This document shows positions 26,137-26,152 of a stretch of 26,152 nucleotides of DNA, piece after piece. The DNA lies in the NCBI GenBank assembly GCA_033763455.1, contig JANRKO010000012.1, positions 1 to 26,152 on the forward strand, read 5' to 3'. This DNA comes from Polyangiaceae bacterium. GTDB lineage: Bacteria; Myxococcota_A; Polyangia; Polyangiales; Polyangiaceae. Below the pieces are notes generated by a model. It had not been told where the DNA came from, did not search any database, and saw only the letters and a program-made list of their open reading frames with translations. Numbering within the stretch: position 1 is the stretch's first letter; every line of letters begins with the position of its first letter. The translations under genes and the position numbers were made by a program.

Positions 26137-26152
26137 GCCACCCCATAGTCGA

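Larger units (their letters stand above)
24575..26152 (+). mobile_element. IS110-family, IS1111-type element with sub-terminal inverted repeats
   Basis: ATGGGGTGGC (24581-24590) and GCCACCCCAT (26137-26146) form a perfect 10-bp IR; TTGACT lies just inside the right IR; GA lies 4 nt outside each IR. Confidence 0.82.

Noticed and set aside
26120..26152. Complete circle-junction promoter for the IS
   Set aside because: TTGACT -35 is present, but no convincing -10 forms at 16-18 nt in the predicted junction.
1..26152. Composite transposon bounded by the two IS elements
   Set aside because: Different IS families and chemistries; the window edges more likely reflect assembly breaks at repeats.

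Overview
A GC-rich, myxobacterium-like (Polyangiaceae-type; taxonomy inferred from protein style) accessory region. It begins inside an IS3 transposase and ends at the right end of an IS110/IS1111 element. (1) 1-738: IS3 3' end abutting a membrane-protein frame that it probably interrupts. (2) 805-19107: an ~18 kb cluster with nine predicted lipoproteins. These are a divergent vitellogenin/MTP-like (large lipid transfer module) + HEAT protein, a tandemly duplicated pair whose first large gene is truncated, a ~1635-aa C-type-lectin/TSP3/beta-sheet adhesin, an RCC1-like propeller, a 1606-aa S1 protease-FG-GAP protein, an M66-like metzincin and a Cys-rich protein. (3) 19332-26152: a defence/mobile-type region with two small genes, a GmrSD type IV restriction enzyme, and a promoter-bearing two-gene cassette (68-aa peptide + papain/C39-like protein) bracketed by 29-bp direct repeats. 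It ends with an IS1111-type element whose 3' non-coding end holds a 9-nt match to its own predicted circle junction (candidate bridge/seekRNA). All family calls come from motifs read by eye; no searches were run.
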